Shown here piece after piece: positions 18,709-27,885 of a stretch of 64,000 nt of DNA. Source of the DNA: Candidatus Poseidoniales archaeon (GTDB lineage Archaea > Thermoplasmatota > Poseidoniia > Poseidoniales > Thalassarchaeaceae); the NCBI GenBank assembly GCA_028283505.1, contig JAPOFX010000001.1:8197-72196 (forward strand), in the 5' to 3' direction. The notes beneath the pieces were generated by a model. The model saw nothing but the letters and a program-made list of their open reading frames with translations, ran no database searches and was not told the DNA's origin. The first letter of the stretch is position 1. Each line of letters begins with the position of its first letter. A program made the translations under genes and the position numbers.

Positions 18709-21061
18709 GATTTTGCTTTCCCAAGCAGGTTCGCTACTTCTTTTCGTCGGCATAGCCTCATCTCTCATTCTCCTATCTAGTGTCGGGAGGCCGATTGGAG
18801 CATCCTCCAAGAATTTGGTATTATTTTCTCAGGCCCTGCCGTTCGTATTGTTGACTTATTGCTTCGTGACTGATGCAAGAAGTATAGAGTTGGTCTACAG
18901 ATTTGGTGGAGATGATTTACCTCTGTTCTACAGGGTCTCGGCAGTCTGGAGTAGTAGATCCGGGCCGCTTCTTTTGTGGGCCGCAATGATGGCAATAGTT
19001 ACTCGGTTGATGTCTAATAAGGAACATGTAGTTTCCGTTGAAGTAGCGATAATGCACGCTTGGACAGCATTTCTTCTGGTACTCTCTGCTATGCTTGGGC
19101 CATTCGAATCAACGATTTCTTCCACATCATCCGGGCTTAATCCTCTTCTACAAACAGACCTCATGGTGATACATCCGCCTGTCGTCTTCGCCTTCTACTC
19201 ACTTTGCATAGCCACGGCCAGCATTGCAATGGCCGGGATAATCAGGAAAGATACCTCAAAATCAATCCATGAGTCTCAGATCCTCTGGGCCCGAGCAGGT
19301 TTTGTAATCGGAACCATCGGTATTGGACTGGGTGGCCTTTGGGCCTACACCGTTCTTGATTGGGGTGGCTATTGGGCTTGGGACCCCGTAGAAACGGGCT
19401 CGCTACTGCCCTGGCTGTGCCTTTTGATGGTAGTCCATGCCAGATCGACACCCGGAGGGAATGCAATTCAAGCATCTCCAGCTGTGGCTCTAATGGCTGG
19501 AGCCCTTGCTTTTCATGCGACACTGGTGACTAGAGCAAACGGTGTCTGGGCTTCCGTCCATGCTTTCGTGGCTGATGGAGAGGGCGCAATGCCTCAGGAC
19601 CCATACTTGAGGGTATTAGAAGTGATAACGTTCGATGCTGTCGGCGCCGAGCTAACCGGATATCTTTTGGCTATTGTAATTCTATGTGTTTTCACTGTTG
19701 TACACTTATCAAGTAACCAAAAAAATGCTCTTCAGTCTACACTATCTGACTCTTTTCTCGCCAGAAGGAGGAACCTCGGACTCTTTCTAATCGCAAGCTT
19801 CATCTCAGTTTCTGTGTGGATTGGTTCCACAGCAGTGATTTTTGTCGGACTTTCAATTTTGTATCTGCTGTTAAATGGCAGTCACGATGATCCGCCCCTT
19901 CAGTGGGTGTTCTCGGGAATCGCACTGATGTTATTCTCCAGTTGGACTTGGAGTGCAGAATGGTATCAGTCATTACTTGGCATGGTCCCATTTTTGATTC
20001 CTTGGTTGATTTGCGAGAAAGAAGATGACTGGTCATACATAACCGGAGTCTTCACAGATGCATCTGTGAGACTGAGGTCATCTAAATCTGTCCCATGGTA
20101 TGGGGGTGCGGGTTTTGTCTTGCTTACCTGGATGATTTTGACTGTGGAGATTGATGGTACCAGTCTGCAAGCGCATGAATTCTATGGCTCGCCCTTCATC
20201 GCCCTTCTGGCGATCGGTCTCGCCTCATATTCATGGGGTCGGAAGATTAGCCCTAGAGCAGGAAGTATGATGATTATCGCCGCAATGGCAATATCCCTGA
20301 TCACTTCAACTTCAAGTGACTTCATCGGGCTACCCGGTGATTCAAGACTTCCTATTTCTTCTTCGGTATCAAGGGGCGCACTGTCGGCCTTTCTCTTGAC
20401 TCTACTTTTTTTCTCACTACCTTTCAATGTCAGAAATTTGGCATCCACAACTAAAGTGAATGCGAAAAAACTGATTTCAGGAGGATTAGGGGGAAAAAAC
20501 TCTGCAAGAACTAGTACTTTAGCCAGTCATATTTCTCATGTCGGAATCATTCTTCTCTTGATTGGCCATGTTTTCACGACAACTCTTGTAGATCGGTCAG
20601 ATCCGTCTCATCTCGTAACTCTGGAGAAGAATCAACCAGTACAGTATGGAAATTACGAGTACATCCTGATTGATACGGTAGTGGTCGCCCAGGGAGATGA
20701 GGACTTTGATTTCCAAGTAGGCGATGGTTTTTTGGGGGTGATTGTCGAGATGAGGAAAGACGGGGAATTAGTAGATACTCTGACTCCCGGAATTCTCAGA
20801 TTTGGCCCCGTCCCCAGATCCGAAGTTGACAGGCATGTGGGATTGTTCGGAGACACTATCATGATAATGGACAGCTTCCAAGTTCAGGATCTAATGCCGG
20901 CATTATTCTTCAACCAGACTGATGGCCTAGACAGGGTAAGGGTAACGATTCACGAACTCCAAGGAAGCCATCTAGTATGGATGGGTTGGGTGTTGACAAT
21001 AGCTGGAGGAATCCTCGCAGTAGGGGCATCCAAAAATGTCGAGAATGAGGAGGAAGAGTGA
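18674..21061 (+). CDS. ccmF: Cytochrome c biogenesis heme lyase CcmF
   Basis: GLNPLLQ..IHPP, WWD domain WAY..WGGYWAWDPVE, VVH, SVHAF and SHISHVG; many TM helices; start uncertain. Confidence 0.88.
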   Translation: MVTAERSTTVGEILLSQAGSLLLFVGIASSLILLSSVGRPIGASSKNLVLFSQALPFVLLTYCFVTDARSIELVYRFGGDDLPLFYRVSAVWSSRSGPLLLWAAMMAIVTRLMSNKEHVVSVEVAIMHAWTAFLLVLSAMLGPFESTISSTSSGLNPLLQTDLMVIHPPVVFAFYSLCIATASIAMAGIIRKDTSKSIHESQILWARAGFVIGTIGIGLGGLWAYTVLDWGGYWAWDPVETGSLLPWLCLLMVVHARSTPGGNAIQASPAVALMAGALAFHATLVTRANGVWASVHAFVADGEGAMPQDPYLRVLEVITFDAVGAELTGYLLAIVILCVFTVVHLSSNQKNALQSTLSDSFLARRRNLGLFLIASFISVSVWIGSTAVIFVGLSILYLLLNGSHDDPPLQWVFSGIALMLFSSWTWSAEWYQSLLGMVPFLIPWLICEKEDDWSYITGVFTDASVRLRSSKSVPWYGGAGFVLLTWMILTVEIDGTSLQAHEFYGSPFIALLAIGLASYSWGRKISPRAGSMMIIAAMAISLITSTSSDFIGLPGDSRLPISSSVSRGALSAFLLTLLFFSLPFNVRNLASTTKVNAKKLISGGLGGKNSARTSTLASHISHVGIILLLIGHVFTTTLVDRSDPSHLVTLEKNQPVQYGNYEYILIDTVVVAQGDEDFDFQVGDGFLGVIVEMRKDGELVDTLTPGILRFGPVPRSEVDRHVGLFGDTIMIMDSFQVQDLMPALFFNQTDGLDRVRVTIHELQGSHLVWMGWVLTIAGGILAVGASKNVENEEEE

Positions 21062-21136
21062 ATCCTCTCAGATTACCCGCACCGTTTGAATGAAAAAGGG
21101 GAAGCGAGTCGGCCGGACGCCAAGGAGGCGACAAAC

Positions 21137-21829
21137 ATGGACAACGGTGCGATTGTACACATTGACTACGACCTATTCGAGGTCGATTCGGACAGACTCA
21201 TAGAGACCACAAGGGAAGATGTCGCCAAAGAGCATGATATCTTCGACGAGAACAGGGAATACACGCCAATGATCACTGTAGTCGGAGATGGCAGGTTGAT
21301 CACCGGCTTCGAAGCATCACTATCTCAGGCAGAATCAGGTAAGGACTACGAAATTGACATCGAGCCTTCAGAAGCATATGGGGAGAGAGACGCAAGCCTC
21401 GTAGAAACAATCGGACAGAATGTTTTGATGAGGAGTGTCAGAGATCCAAACATGCTAGCCATTGGTGCTCCCGTGGAGATTGGGGGGAGGACAGGCGTCC
21501 TTCAATTCCTAAGTGCGGGAAGGGCACGAATCGACTATAACCACCCTCTGGCTGGCTCAACGTTGAGGTATAACTACAATATTGTCAAGGTAGTCGATGA
21601 CAGGAAAGAGAAGGTCGAGACACTTCTCAAAATGAACACCGGAAGAGATGACTTCGAGATAGAGTTCAAGAAGGATGATTTGACAGTAACCCTACCTGAC
21701 ACCATTGCATATGATCAGAACTGGTCCTATGCAAAATTTAGCCTTGTTAGAACACTTAGAGACCACATTGGTGTAGGAACAATAGTATTCCGAGAGGTTC
21801 ACGAGCCAAGAGTGACGGAAGAAGAGTGA
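21137..21829 (+). CDS. slyD: FKBP-type peptidyl-prolyl isomerase (long archaeal SlyD type)
   Basis: VGDGRLITGFE, EPSEAYGERD and IDYNHPLAG; AGGAGG SD before ATG 21137. Confidence 0.9.
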   Translation: MDNGAIVHIDYDLFEVDSDRLIETTREDVAKEHDIFDENREYTPMITVVGDGRLITGFEASLSQAESGKDYEIDIEPSEAYGERDASLVETIGQNVLMRSVRDPNMLAIGAPVEIGGRTGVLQFLSAGRARIDYNHPLAGSTLRYNYNIVKVVDDRKEKVETLLKMNTGRDDFEIEFKKDDLTVTLPDTIAYDQNWSYAKFSLVRTLRDHIGVGTIVFREVHEPRVTEEE

Positions 21830-21831
21830 GC

Positions 21832-22662
21832 TCAGAAGTTTCTCATTATCACTGGAACTACGGGTTGTGGTAGATGCCTGAGCAACCTTGCCAGTGTGGA
21901 CCCAGGTCCATGGATGACTTGTGCCTTCCTTCTTCTCATGCCTTTGTACCCGATCCTCGCTACCTTACTGGCTCTTGCACCTCCTCCTCTACGGAAGTAG
22001 CTCTTCATCAGGGATTTTCCGTTGAAATCATCTATCCCCGAGGTGGTTGAGAAATTTGTTCTGGTCGCACTGGGACACAAACACGTCACATTGACATTAT
22101 ATGGTCTCAATTCTGCCCTAAGAGAAGCAGAGAACGAGTTAACATAGGCTTTGGTTGCTCCGTAAGATGCGAACCTCATCGTCGGAAACATACCCGTCGT
22201 CGATCCAACATTTAGGATATTCCCACTCCTATTCTTAATCATGGCTCTGGAAAATACCATGCATAACTCAGTTAGGAGCCTGACATTCAAATTAATCATA
22301 GACCTTACTCTTACCTGGTCACACTCAACACATTCAGAGTAAATTGCAAATCCAGCATTATTTACCAGAGTATCAACACTCCAACGATTTTCCTGGCACC
22401 AATTCTCAACCAACTCACAGGCATTTTCCTTGGAAAGGTCAATTTTCAGTGTGTACAACACACCTGAATATTCTGAAAATTCCTCCTTCAGAGCATTTAG
22501 CTCTTCATCAATCAGGCTTACCGCTAAAACATTGGCCCCATCCTGTAAGAACAGTTTTACGAACTCCTTTCCGATTCCTGAACCAGCTCCAGTGACAATC
22601 ACGTGTTCCAGAGCTTTATCATGTTTCAATTCAAGGGCGTTGTCAGATTTCTTGGGAGGCAT
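21832..22662 (-). CDS. Short-chain dehydrogenase/reductase
   Basis: TGAGSGIG, NNAG, NVGS, YGATK and LCPSAT. Track start is 22680. Confidence 0.9.
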   Translation of the reverse strand: MPPKKSDNALELKHDKALEHVIVTGAGSGIGKEFVKLFLQDGANVLAVSLIDEELNALKEEFSEYSGVLYTLKIDLSKENACELVENWCQENRWSVDTLVNNAGFAIYSECVECDQVRVRSMINLNVRLLTELCMVFSRAMIKNRSGNILNVGSTTGMFPTMRFASYGATKAYVNSFSASLRAELRPYNVNVTCLCPSATRTNFSTTSGIDDFNGKSLMKSYFRRGGGARASKVARIGYKGMRRRKAQVIHGPGSTLARLLRHLPQPVVPVIMRNF

Positions 22663-22872
22663 GTAGTAATTGTACCACATTCACCGCAAAAGATTACCTG
22701 TTATCTAGATCATTGATACTCAAACTGTAACATTCATGTCCTCCAGCTCTTTCCTATGCCTGCCTCAATGACGACGAAGGTGGACTGAGCCACGGCACTG
22801 ACGTTCCCTATGAGTACCGAGAGGCACCCAAGTCACACGCGCATTCAAGTCATGTGCCTCACTCGGAGGATT

Positions 22873-23538
22873 ATGCACAGGACTGCAACGTCCATAATTC
22901 TCGTCTCCCTTATGCTTGTGAGCATGGCATCCAGTGGATGTATGGGTCTCGCTGTGCAGAGGGAGGTCATGGAAGGAATGAGAGAGGATCCACGGGAGGA
23001 TATTGTCCCAGTGGAGCCACTTGTACAAGCACACATTTTCTCACAGAACGAATGTGTACTTCCAGGGTCTGAAGACTCGAACCAAGAAACGGACTGCTAT
23101 TCGAACCAGAGCAGGATATTTGTGGACGAGACCGTGTCGAAGATGTTATTGGACTTCTCAGTCTCTTTCGAATGGTCCGCCACTCTTGGAGAACTCCTTG
23201 GGAACAATACGGATGAGCTGAGATTCGTTGAAATCAAGCTATTGAAACCGAATGGAGATTTGTGTTGGGACTATCTCGCCACGAGCTCAGTGGGCCAGAT
23301 GTCACTGGAACTAAGGAGCGAGAGTGACTGTACAATATCCATTGGCAACTCCTCTGGATTTAGTGATGGGGAATGGTTGTTAGATGTCAGGGCCAGAGGA
23401 TATGCTATATCAGCCCCCATAGACACACTCTCGTTTGAGGATGAGTTTAGAGTGTCACTTTGGGTGACAAAAAAATGTGTAGTTTTTCCCGAAATTCACG
23501 ACGAGGGCGAGTGTACGTTCAGCTCCGACCTGGAATAA
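22873..23538 (+). CDS. Hypothetical lipoprotein
   Basis: MHRTATSIILVSLMLVSMASSGC: hydrophobic stretch followed by a lipobox-like SGC; acidic, Cys-containing mature part. Track start is 22810. Confidence 0.6.
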   Translation: MHRTATSIILVSLMLVSMASSGCMGLAVQREVMEGMREDPREDIVPVEPLVQAHIFSQNECVLPGSEDSNQETDCYSNQSRIFVDETVSKMLLDFSVSFEWSATLGELLGNNTDELRFVEIKLLKPNGDLCWDYLATSSVGQMSLELRSESDCTISIGNSSGFSDGEWLLDVRARGYAISAPIDTLSFEDEFRVSLWVTKKCVVFPEIHDEGECTFSSDLE

Positions 23539-23576
23539 TCGCCTGAGTTTGGAGGCATCCATATGGCGTAGCGCTT

Positions 23577-24230
23577 ATGAGTGGCCGGCAGTTCGGCCAA
23601 CCCCGAGGAATCGCTTTGGATGAGAGCCTAACCCCACTTGTACCGCTTGACACGTATGAGCTACACGCTGTTCATATAGGCACTAACCAGAAGTCTTCGG
23701 ACATGAAGGGATTCTTAGATAAATTCAGGCAAGACGGTAGTGGATTGCACCACATCGACATTAGGCAGACTGATTCTAGGATTCGAACAGTAGCCAAGTT
23801 TCTGGCCAACTATGATCCTAGCAGAATCTTGGTTGTCAGCGCTCGTCAGTACGGACAGAGGCCGGCTAGAATGTTTGCCGAGGCAATCGGAGCGAAGAAG
23901 ATAGTCGGTAGGTTCATTCCCGGGACTCTCACAAATCCCAGACTGAGGACGTACATCGAACCAGAAGTCATAGTTGTAACAGACCCAGCGGCAGACTCGC
24001 AAGCCCTTTCAGAAGCAGTTAGCTCTGGTCTGCCTGTGGTGGGGATTTGCGATGCGAATAATAGACTCAGGAATGTGGATCTAGTACTACCAGCTAACAA
24101 CAAGGGAAGAAGGTCATTGGCACTGATCTATTGGCTATTAGCGCGTGAGACTCTTAAGATTAGAAGTGGAATTTCAGATGTTGACTGGGAGAGGTCTCAG
24201 GATGTTGACGATTGGGAGTCCTCTTTCTAG
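23577..24230 (+). CDS. rps2: 30S ribosomal protein S2 (archaeal type)
   Basis: [23 protein letters not shown] and [20 protein letters not shown]. Confidence 0.95.
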   Translation: MSGRQFGQPRGIALDESLTPLVPLDTYELHAVHIGTNQKSSDMKGFLDKFRQDGSGLHHIDIRQTDSRIRTVAKFLANYDPSRILVVSARQYGQRPARMFAEAIGAKKIVGRFIPGTLTNPRLRTYIEPEVIVVTDPAADSQALSEAVSSGLPVVGICDANNRLRNVDLVLPANNKGRRSLALIYWLLARETLKIRSGISDVDWERSQDVDDWESSF

Positions 24231-24267
24231 GCCCGGACGTTTATTTCTTAGTGCATCTGATAACTAA

Positions 24268-25284
24268 GTGGCTTTTCGCATTGTCATGAGCTTCGAACCT
24301 GTACCAATCTTTCTGGCGCCCATGGCCGGCGTGACGGACTTGGCATACAGGCTATTAGCCAAGGAATGTGGAGCTGACTTTACAGTTACTGAGTTCACCG
24401 CCGCCTCTGGTCTTACACGTAGAAACACTAACTCATGGCTAAAAGTCGAGACGGATCCACGTGAGAAGCCGTTTATACCACAAATTTTCGGAGGAGATAT
24501 CTCTGAAATGGCTAAAACTGTAGAGATGCTCGAAGACAGATCAGACATTATTGACATAAATTTTGGCTGTCCAGCACCCAAGGTATGTAGAAATGATGCA
24601 GGCGCAGCCCTGTTACGAGACCCAGATAAAGTGGTCAAAATGGTCAGAAAGTGCATCAATTCTACAGATGTCCCCATCTCAGTGAAAATGAGATTAGGAA
24701 CTGGCTCTGGACCGAATACCGCTCTTGAGATCTCCAAGAGATTAGCCGATGAAGGTGTGTTGAGGATATGTGTTCATGGTAGGACCTTGAGACAGAGATA
24801 CTCAGGGATAGCAGATTGGGATCAGATTAAGGAGATTTCAGACTCGGTGGATATCCCAGTAATAGCAAATGGCGATGTAGTAGACACAAAATCAGCGAAG
24901 CTTTGCTTGGAGGCAACTCATGCAGGAGGGCTGATGATTGGAAGAGGTGCGATCGGCAGACCTACTATTTTCCATGAGATAAAAAAGGGAATGGGTTGGT
25001 ATGATAAAACAGCTCCATGGGGAGAAGGAGGCCCCTCAAGAGCGAGGAGTTGGTGTTGGGACAGGTACCTGGAACTGTCTCAAGAAGTGTACGGCAAATC
25101 TGGAAGCAAGAACCTCAAGAGACATGCTGTATCGTTTACTAAAGGGTTGGAAGGGGCTTCCTCAATGAGGGTCAGACTCCACTCTATACAGGATAAGTCC
25201 CAGCTCGGGACAGAAGTTAGCGAATATCTGCATGGTTTATGTGAGATTGAAAATCAGGTTGAGATTGCCTCATCGAGCCTCTGA
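24268..25284 (+). CDS. dusB: tRNA-dihydrouridine synthase
   Basis: LAPMAGVTD, DINFGCP, SVKMRLG, VHGRT, IANGDV and MIGRGA. Confidence 0.88.
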   Translation: MAFRIVMSFEPVPIFLAPMAGVTDLAYRLLAKECGADFTVTEFTAASGLTRRNTNSWLKVETDPREKPFIPQIFGGDISEMAKTVEMLEDRSDIIDINFGCPAPKVCRNDAGAALLRDPDKVVKMVRKCINSTDVPISVKMRLGTGSGPNTALEISKRLADEGVLRICVHGRTLRQRYSGIADWDQIKEISDSVDIPVIANGDVVDTKSAKLCLEATHAGGLMIGRGAIGRPTIFHEIKKGMGWYDKTAPWGEGGPSRARSWCWDRYLELSQEVYGKSGSKNLKRHAVSFTKGLEGASSMRVRLHSIQDKSQLGTEVSEYLHGLCEIENQVEIASSSL

Positions 25285-26372
25285 GCCACAGTATTTAGCC
25301 TTCTTAGAGTTCTCTCCGCGTTTCGTTGAACATTTTCGGAGACCTCACCCCCATCTCGACCCGAGATTCTGAACCCATAGGGCATTCTCCCCCCAAGTGT
25401 ATTCAGCAGTAACTTCTGAGATTCTAGCTCAATTCCCTCTAGCAAGGATTGTACTCTATCTATACTTAGCGAGCCTTTCTTCGCCCCGGAGACAAGCTTC
25501 TTTGAAATATCTTCATCGATTCTACCTAATCCCCCCCTCGTCATCAGCCATTCCTCCCCTCTAGCATCAAATTGCCTCATGAGACCAACAAAAATATCTT
25601 GTGCGATTCTATCCATCATTGGTACTCTCTCGACAATCCCAGATGCTCTCATCTTCTCAACGGAACGGCTTACTCTGGATCTACTCTCCCCCATCCTTTC
25701 CGAAAGAGCAAGTATCGTAATTGGGACACTACTCTCACATAGAATACTCATTACTCCGCTCGCTAGGCCATCCCCCTCCCTCGCCCTCTCTCCCGAAAGT
25801 CCGAGATCTTCCACCAAAATGGCCATATTTGACTTCTCTGGATTAACTGGCCCAGGTTCAGAAATTGATATCTTGAACTTAACCTCATCATTCTGACTTC
25901 CAACGTTCATCCTTTCGTCCGACTCTGAGATTTTTTCAGATAATTCTCTCATTCTAATTTTCAGGACTGTTTGCGCCTCATTTGAAACCAATTCTACAGC
26001 TGAGGATATGCTCCCACCTCTCAAAACATGGACATGCCATCTTCCATCGGTGTGCGCTGATATCAAACCACTTTCTCTTAGTTTAACCAATTGATGATGC
26101 ACACCAGTTTGTGAGATTCCTGTGATTTCGCAAAGAGATTTTGCATCCCACCCCCTCAATGGCTCCATTAGGAACGCCTGACTGATGATTCTATGCAAGG
26201 CTCCTTGACCCTCGTCAATCGTCCCGCCCTCAACCCTCCTCCTGACTAGTCCCATCGAATCCAGGAGCCAAGCCAATAGAACATCGGGGTCTCTACTACC
26301 TGTTGGCATAGGAAGCTCGACCAATCGCAGTCTGAACACAGGACCACCCAGATATTGGGGGGTTCTATACAA
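25254..26372 (-). CDS. Putative transcriptional regulator with two winged-HTH modules
   Basis: Two HTH units, LCEITGISQTGVHHQLVKLRESGLI and LSERMGESRSRVSRSVEKMRASGIV, each preceded by an L..[SD][ML]GL helix. Confidence 0.65.
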   Translation of the reverse strand: MYRTPQYLGGPVFRLRLVELPMPTGSRDPDVLLAWLLDSMGLVRRRVEGGTIDEGQGALHRIISQAFLMEPLRGWDAKSLCEITGISQTGVHHQLVKLRESGLISAHTDGRWHVHVLRGGSISSAVELVSNEAQTVLKIRMRELSEKISESDERMNVGSQNDEVKFKISISEPGPVNPEKSNMAILVEDLGLSGERAREGDGLASGVMSILCESSVPITILALSERMGESRSRVSRSVEKMRASGIVERVPMMDRIAQDIFVGLMRQFDARGEEWLMTRGGLGRIDEDISKKLVSGAKKGSLSIDRVQSLLEGIELESQKLLLNTLGGRMPYGFRISGRDGGEVSENVQRNAERTLRRLNTVAQRLDEAIST

Positions 26373-26420
26373 TTCCGAGTATCAATAGCCACAGACTCCC
26401 ATTACAGGATGTAATTTTAT

Positions 26421-27074
26421 TCACGAACACTCGATCCTAATATCCAGCCATGGGTAGTCCACATTAGTTCTACTGAGGCCGTTGAGATGGGGGGCCAATT
26501 CGAGACCACTCTGACTTAGGATTCCTCTTTCCCTCAAGACTGAGATTGCAGAGTGGACGGAAGCCCTTGATCTTCCTAGGTCCCTAGCCAGTTGAGCTTG
26601 GGACTCGGGTCTATTTTCCTCGGCCAGCCTGGCAACGACCACCTTCTGTACCTCAGAAAGTCCTACGGGCATCATTGCCGCGGCTCTAGCGTGGTCTGTT
26701 ACCCCCGTCCCCTCTAGTATCTCAACTTGGGCAGGGGCTCCAAAATAGTAGCAGGTTCTTCCATTTACGGGAACAATGGTCACAACCCCCTCCTTTGTCA
26801 GGATGTCAAGATGATGTCTGAGAGTGCCATTTGCTGCGTCTAATCTTCTTTGTAGCTCCCTAAAGTGAATTCCCGGAGACTTCTCGAGAGCATCGACAAT
26901 TCTCACCCTCAATGGGTGCTCCCAATCGTTTTCTCTGTGTGCGATCATGGTTCCTTGCGCGACTGGAAAAAGTAGGTGAAACCATCCCCCGATTCCTAGG
27001 ACAGCTCCAGCAGCCGCGCCAATGGAATCCACGTACCATGGACGATAAATCCTCCACTGGTCAACTAGGGCCAT
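26421..27074 (-). CDS. Winged-HTH transcriptional regulator with N-terminal hydrophobic segment
   Basis: RVRIVDALEKSPGIHFRELQRRLDAANGTLRHHLDIL and SQAQLARDLGRSRASVHSAISVLRERGIL. Confidence 0.75.
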   Translation of the reverse strand: MALVDQWRIYRPWYVDSIGAAAGAVLGIGGWFHLLFPVAQGTMIAHRENDWEHPLRVRIVDALEKSPGIHFRELQRRLDAANGTLRHHLDILTKEGVVTIVPVNGRTCYYFGAPAQVEILEGTGVTDHARAAAMMPVGLSEVQKVVVARLAEENRPESQAQLARDLGRSRASVHSAISVLRERGILSQSGLELAPHLNGLSRTNVDYPWLDIRIECS

Positions 27075-27144
27075 AATTGGTTTGGTCAGCGTAGAGGGTT
27101 TTAATCATGCGTTCTGATGCTCATACAATATCACGATCAAGGAC

Positions 27145-27600
27145 CTAAGCAGGACCATCGATCTTTCCATTGTAAATTTTCATGTAACCCACAAATGGAG
27201 AAAGTAGTGCACCAGCCCTTCTTCCATGCACTGTAAGACTGTACTTCACCCTAACGGGAGGCCCATCCTCCACTATCCTCTCGACAAGGCCGTTCTCGAC
27301 ACATGTGGTAAGTTTGTCAGAAAGGGTACGACTACTTATTCCTCTGAGTAGTCCCCTCATCTCATTGAATCTACGATCGCCGGCAATGTATAGAGTTGCA
27401 AGAATCTCAGTTGTCCATCTCGAACTGAGAACAGAAAATGCGTCCACAGCAGAATCTACTTCCCAACCAACGTCATATTCCTCGTCATTGTATCTTGAAA
27501 ACAGGGTACGTATTTCCTTACCCAAACCCATTACTTCATCCACAGACTTCTCTACTCTTCGAAGATCTCTCTTGGATATTCTGAGTGGTCCGCTAGCCAT
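27145..27600 (-). CDS. HxlR-family transcriptional regulator
   Basis: LSSRWTTEIL, RRFNEM..LRGISSRTLSDKL and PPVRVKYSLTVHG. Likely start ATG 27600 (track 27657). Confidence 0.85.
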   Translation of the reverse strand: MASGPLRISKRDLRRVEKSVDEVMGLGKEIRTLFSRYNDEEYDVGWEVDSAVDAFSVLSSRWTTEILATLYIAGDRRFNEMRGLLRGISSRTLSDKLTTCVENGLVERIVEDGPPVRVKYSLTVHGRRAGALLSPFVGYMKIYNGKIDGPA

Positions 27601-27694
27601 GATTATCAAGTAGTCCACAAGGTATCTAGTGTATAAAATGCATCTACGTGTAATCACGAAAACTTATTCACTCAAATATAAGAATCGTGTGATA

Positions 27695-27713
27695 TAGTGT
27701 GAAATCTACACTA
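27695..27713. promoter_or_regulatory. Inverted repeat TAGTGT-N7-ACACTA, candidate operator
   Basis: Perfect 6-bp arms between the HxlR gene and a divergent small ORF; a related TAGTGT half-site lies at 27627-27632. Confidence 0.4.
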
Positions 27714-27729
27714 GTAGGAGGAAATGAAA

Positions 27730-27885
27730 ATGGACAGATTTTTAGAAACATGGATAAATGAGACAATAGGAAAGGAAGAAGTTGGTGGTAAATATGGGAA
27801 AATCAGTTTGAGGGCGATCCTCTACGCGGCAATCGCGAACTACAGGGCTCCTGCATGGGTACAGTCTCCACTCAGGGGACTTTAG
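27730..27885 (+). CDS. Small hypothetical protein (51 aa)
   Basis: AGGAGG (27716-27721) 8 nt before the ATG; MDRFLETWINETIGKEEVGGKYGKISLRAILYAAIANYRAPAWVQSPLRGL; fills the gap up to the convergent gene. Confidence 0.6.
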   Translation: MDRFLETWINETIGKEEVGGKYGKISLRAILYAAIANYRAPAWVQSPLRGL

